Shown one piece after another: positions 63,430 to 64,000 of a DNA stretch of 64,000 nucleotides. Source of the DNA: Cyanobacteria bacterium J06626_4 (GTDB taxonomy: Bacteria; Cyanobacteriota; Cyanobacteriia; Phormidesmidales; Phormidesmidaceae); NCBI GenBank assembly GCA_038523235.1, contig JBCBJQ010000023.1, forward strand, positions 1 through 64,000. The letters run 5' to 3'. The notes below the pieces were generated by a model. It was given only the letters and a program-made list of their open reading frames with translations. It did not search any database and was not told where the DNA came from. The translations under genes were made by a program, and so were the position numbers. Position 1 is the first letter of the stretch. Every line of letters starts with the position of its first letter.

Positions 63430-64000
63430 GTGATTGTACAAAGCTTGTGGGCGATCGCGTCAATCGTCATCGTCGAGATGGTGCGAGACGCTTATCACAT
63501 CGCTAGCCACCTTTGGGCACCGCTGCAAACGTTACATAATTGGCATCATCGCGCCTACAAAAAAGACTTTACGCCGATCAGTGCCGAACTTTATAGCAAG
63601 GCGCAGCTCTATAATGACGTGCCCGAATCATTGGCGATGATGGGTGTCATGGCAATCATGGCGCTGCTTTGGCAGCCGGGGCTGTGGGTGGGCTGTCTGT
63701 ATGGCGCGGGCTTTTTGGGGGGGGCGATCGCGCGATCGCAGGGCTGGCTGCTAACCACCGACCTTACCCATGAGCCCGGCCCCCTGCGAGAGATTCCCGG
63801 CCTGTGGCGGGTCAACCGCAGCTATCATTGGAAACATCATTTCGACAACGTCAACGCTTATTACGCGGGCCACTTCACCTTTTTAGACAAGCTTATGGGC
63901 ACGGCGCTTTCGCTTAAAAACAAGACCGTTGCCGTTACCGGAGCCTCGGGCACGCTGGGCCAAGCTCTGCTGACTGAGCTGGCCCGTCACGGGGCCAAAC
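63430..64000 (+). CDS. bifunctional sterol desaturase / short-chain dehydrogenase (5' part; runs off the window)
   Basis: Manual translation: RDAYHIASH...HNWHHR...YHWKHHF...DKLMGTALSLKNKTVAVTGASGTLG; start GTG 63430 or 63409. Confidence 0.85.
   Translation, partial: MIVQSLWAIASIVIVEMVRDAYHIASHLWAPLQTLHNWHHRAYKKDFTPISAELYSKAQLYNDVPESLAMMGVMAIMALLWQPGLWVGCLYGAGFLGGAIARSQGWLLTTDLTHEPGPLREIPGLWRVNRSYHWKHHFDNVNAYYAGHFTFLDKLMGTALSLKNKTVAVTGASGTLGQALLTELARHGAK

Overview
A 64-kb chromosomal window from a filamentous cyanobacterium, probably Leptolyngbyaceae-like. This assignment is inferred from the dense HIP1 octamers (GCGATCGC), a hetZ-patU pair, a CAAD/CurT protein and SLH proteins. Most genes are housekeeping (cobI, comB, hisC, pgeF, birA, two thioredoxins, fabG, sdhB, hflX, prmA, serA, hemW), interspersed with ion transporters and conserved hypotheticals. 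I saw no rRNA, tRNA, CRISPR array or transposase. The most notable items are: (1) a secreted SLH protein bracketed by 17- and 16-residue poly-Asp tracts; (2) a stand-alone vanadium haloperoxidase with an active-site AGH variant behind a long AT-rich upstream region; (3) a membrane sensor-EAL phosphodiesterase interrupted by one in-frame TAG; (4) a candidate ~140-nt sRNA with a sigma70-type promoter overlapped by three HLR1-like repeats; (5) a 36-aa single-TM microprotein gene missed by the ORF track; (6) nested and apparently modular MITE-like elements that mix terminal repeats and internal hairpin cores; (7) probable pseudo-enzymes (M48 without zinc ligands, REC-TrxB without CxxC). All calls come from reading motifs by eye; no database searches were run.
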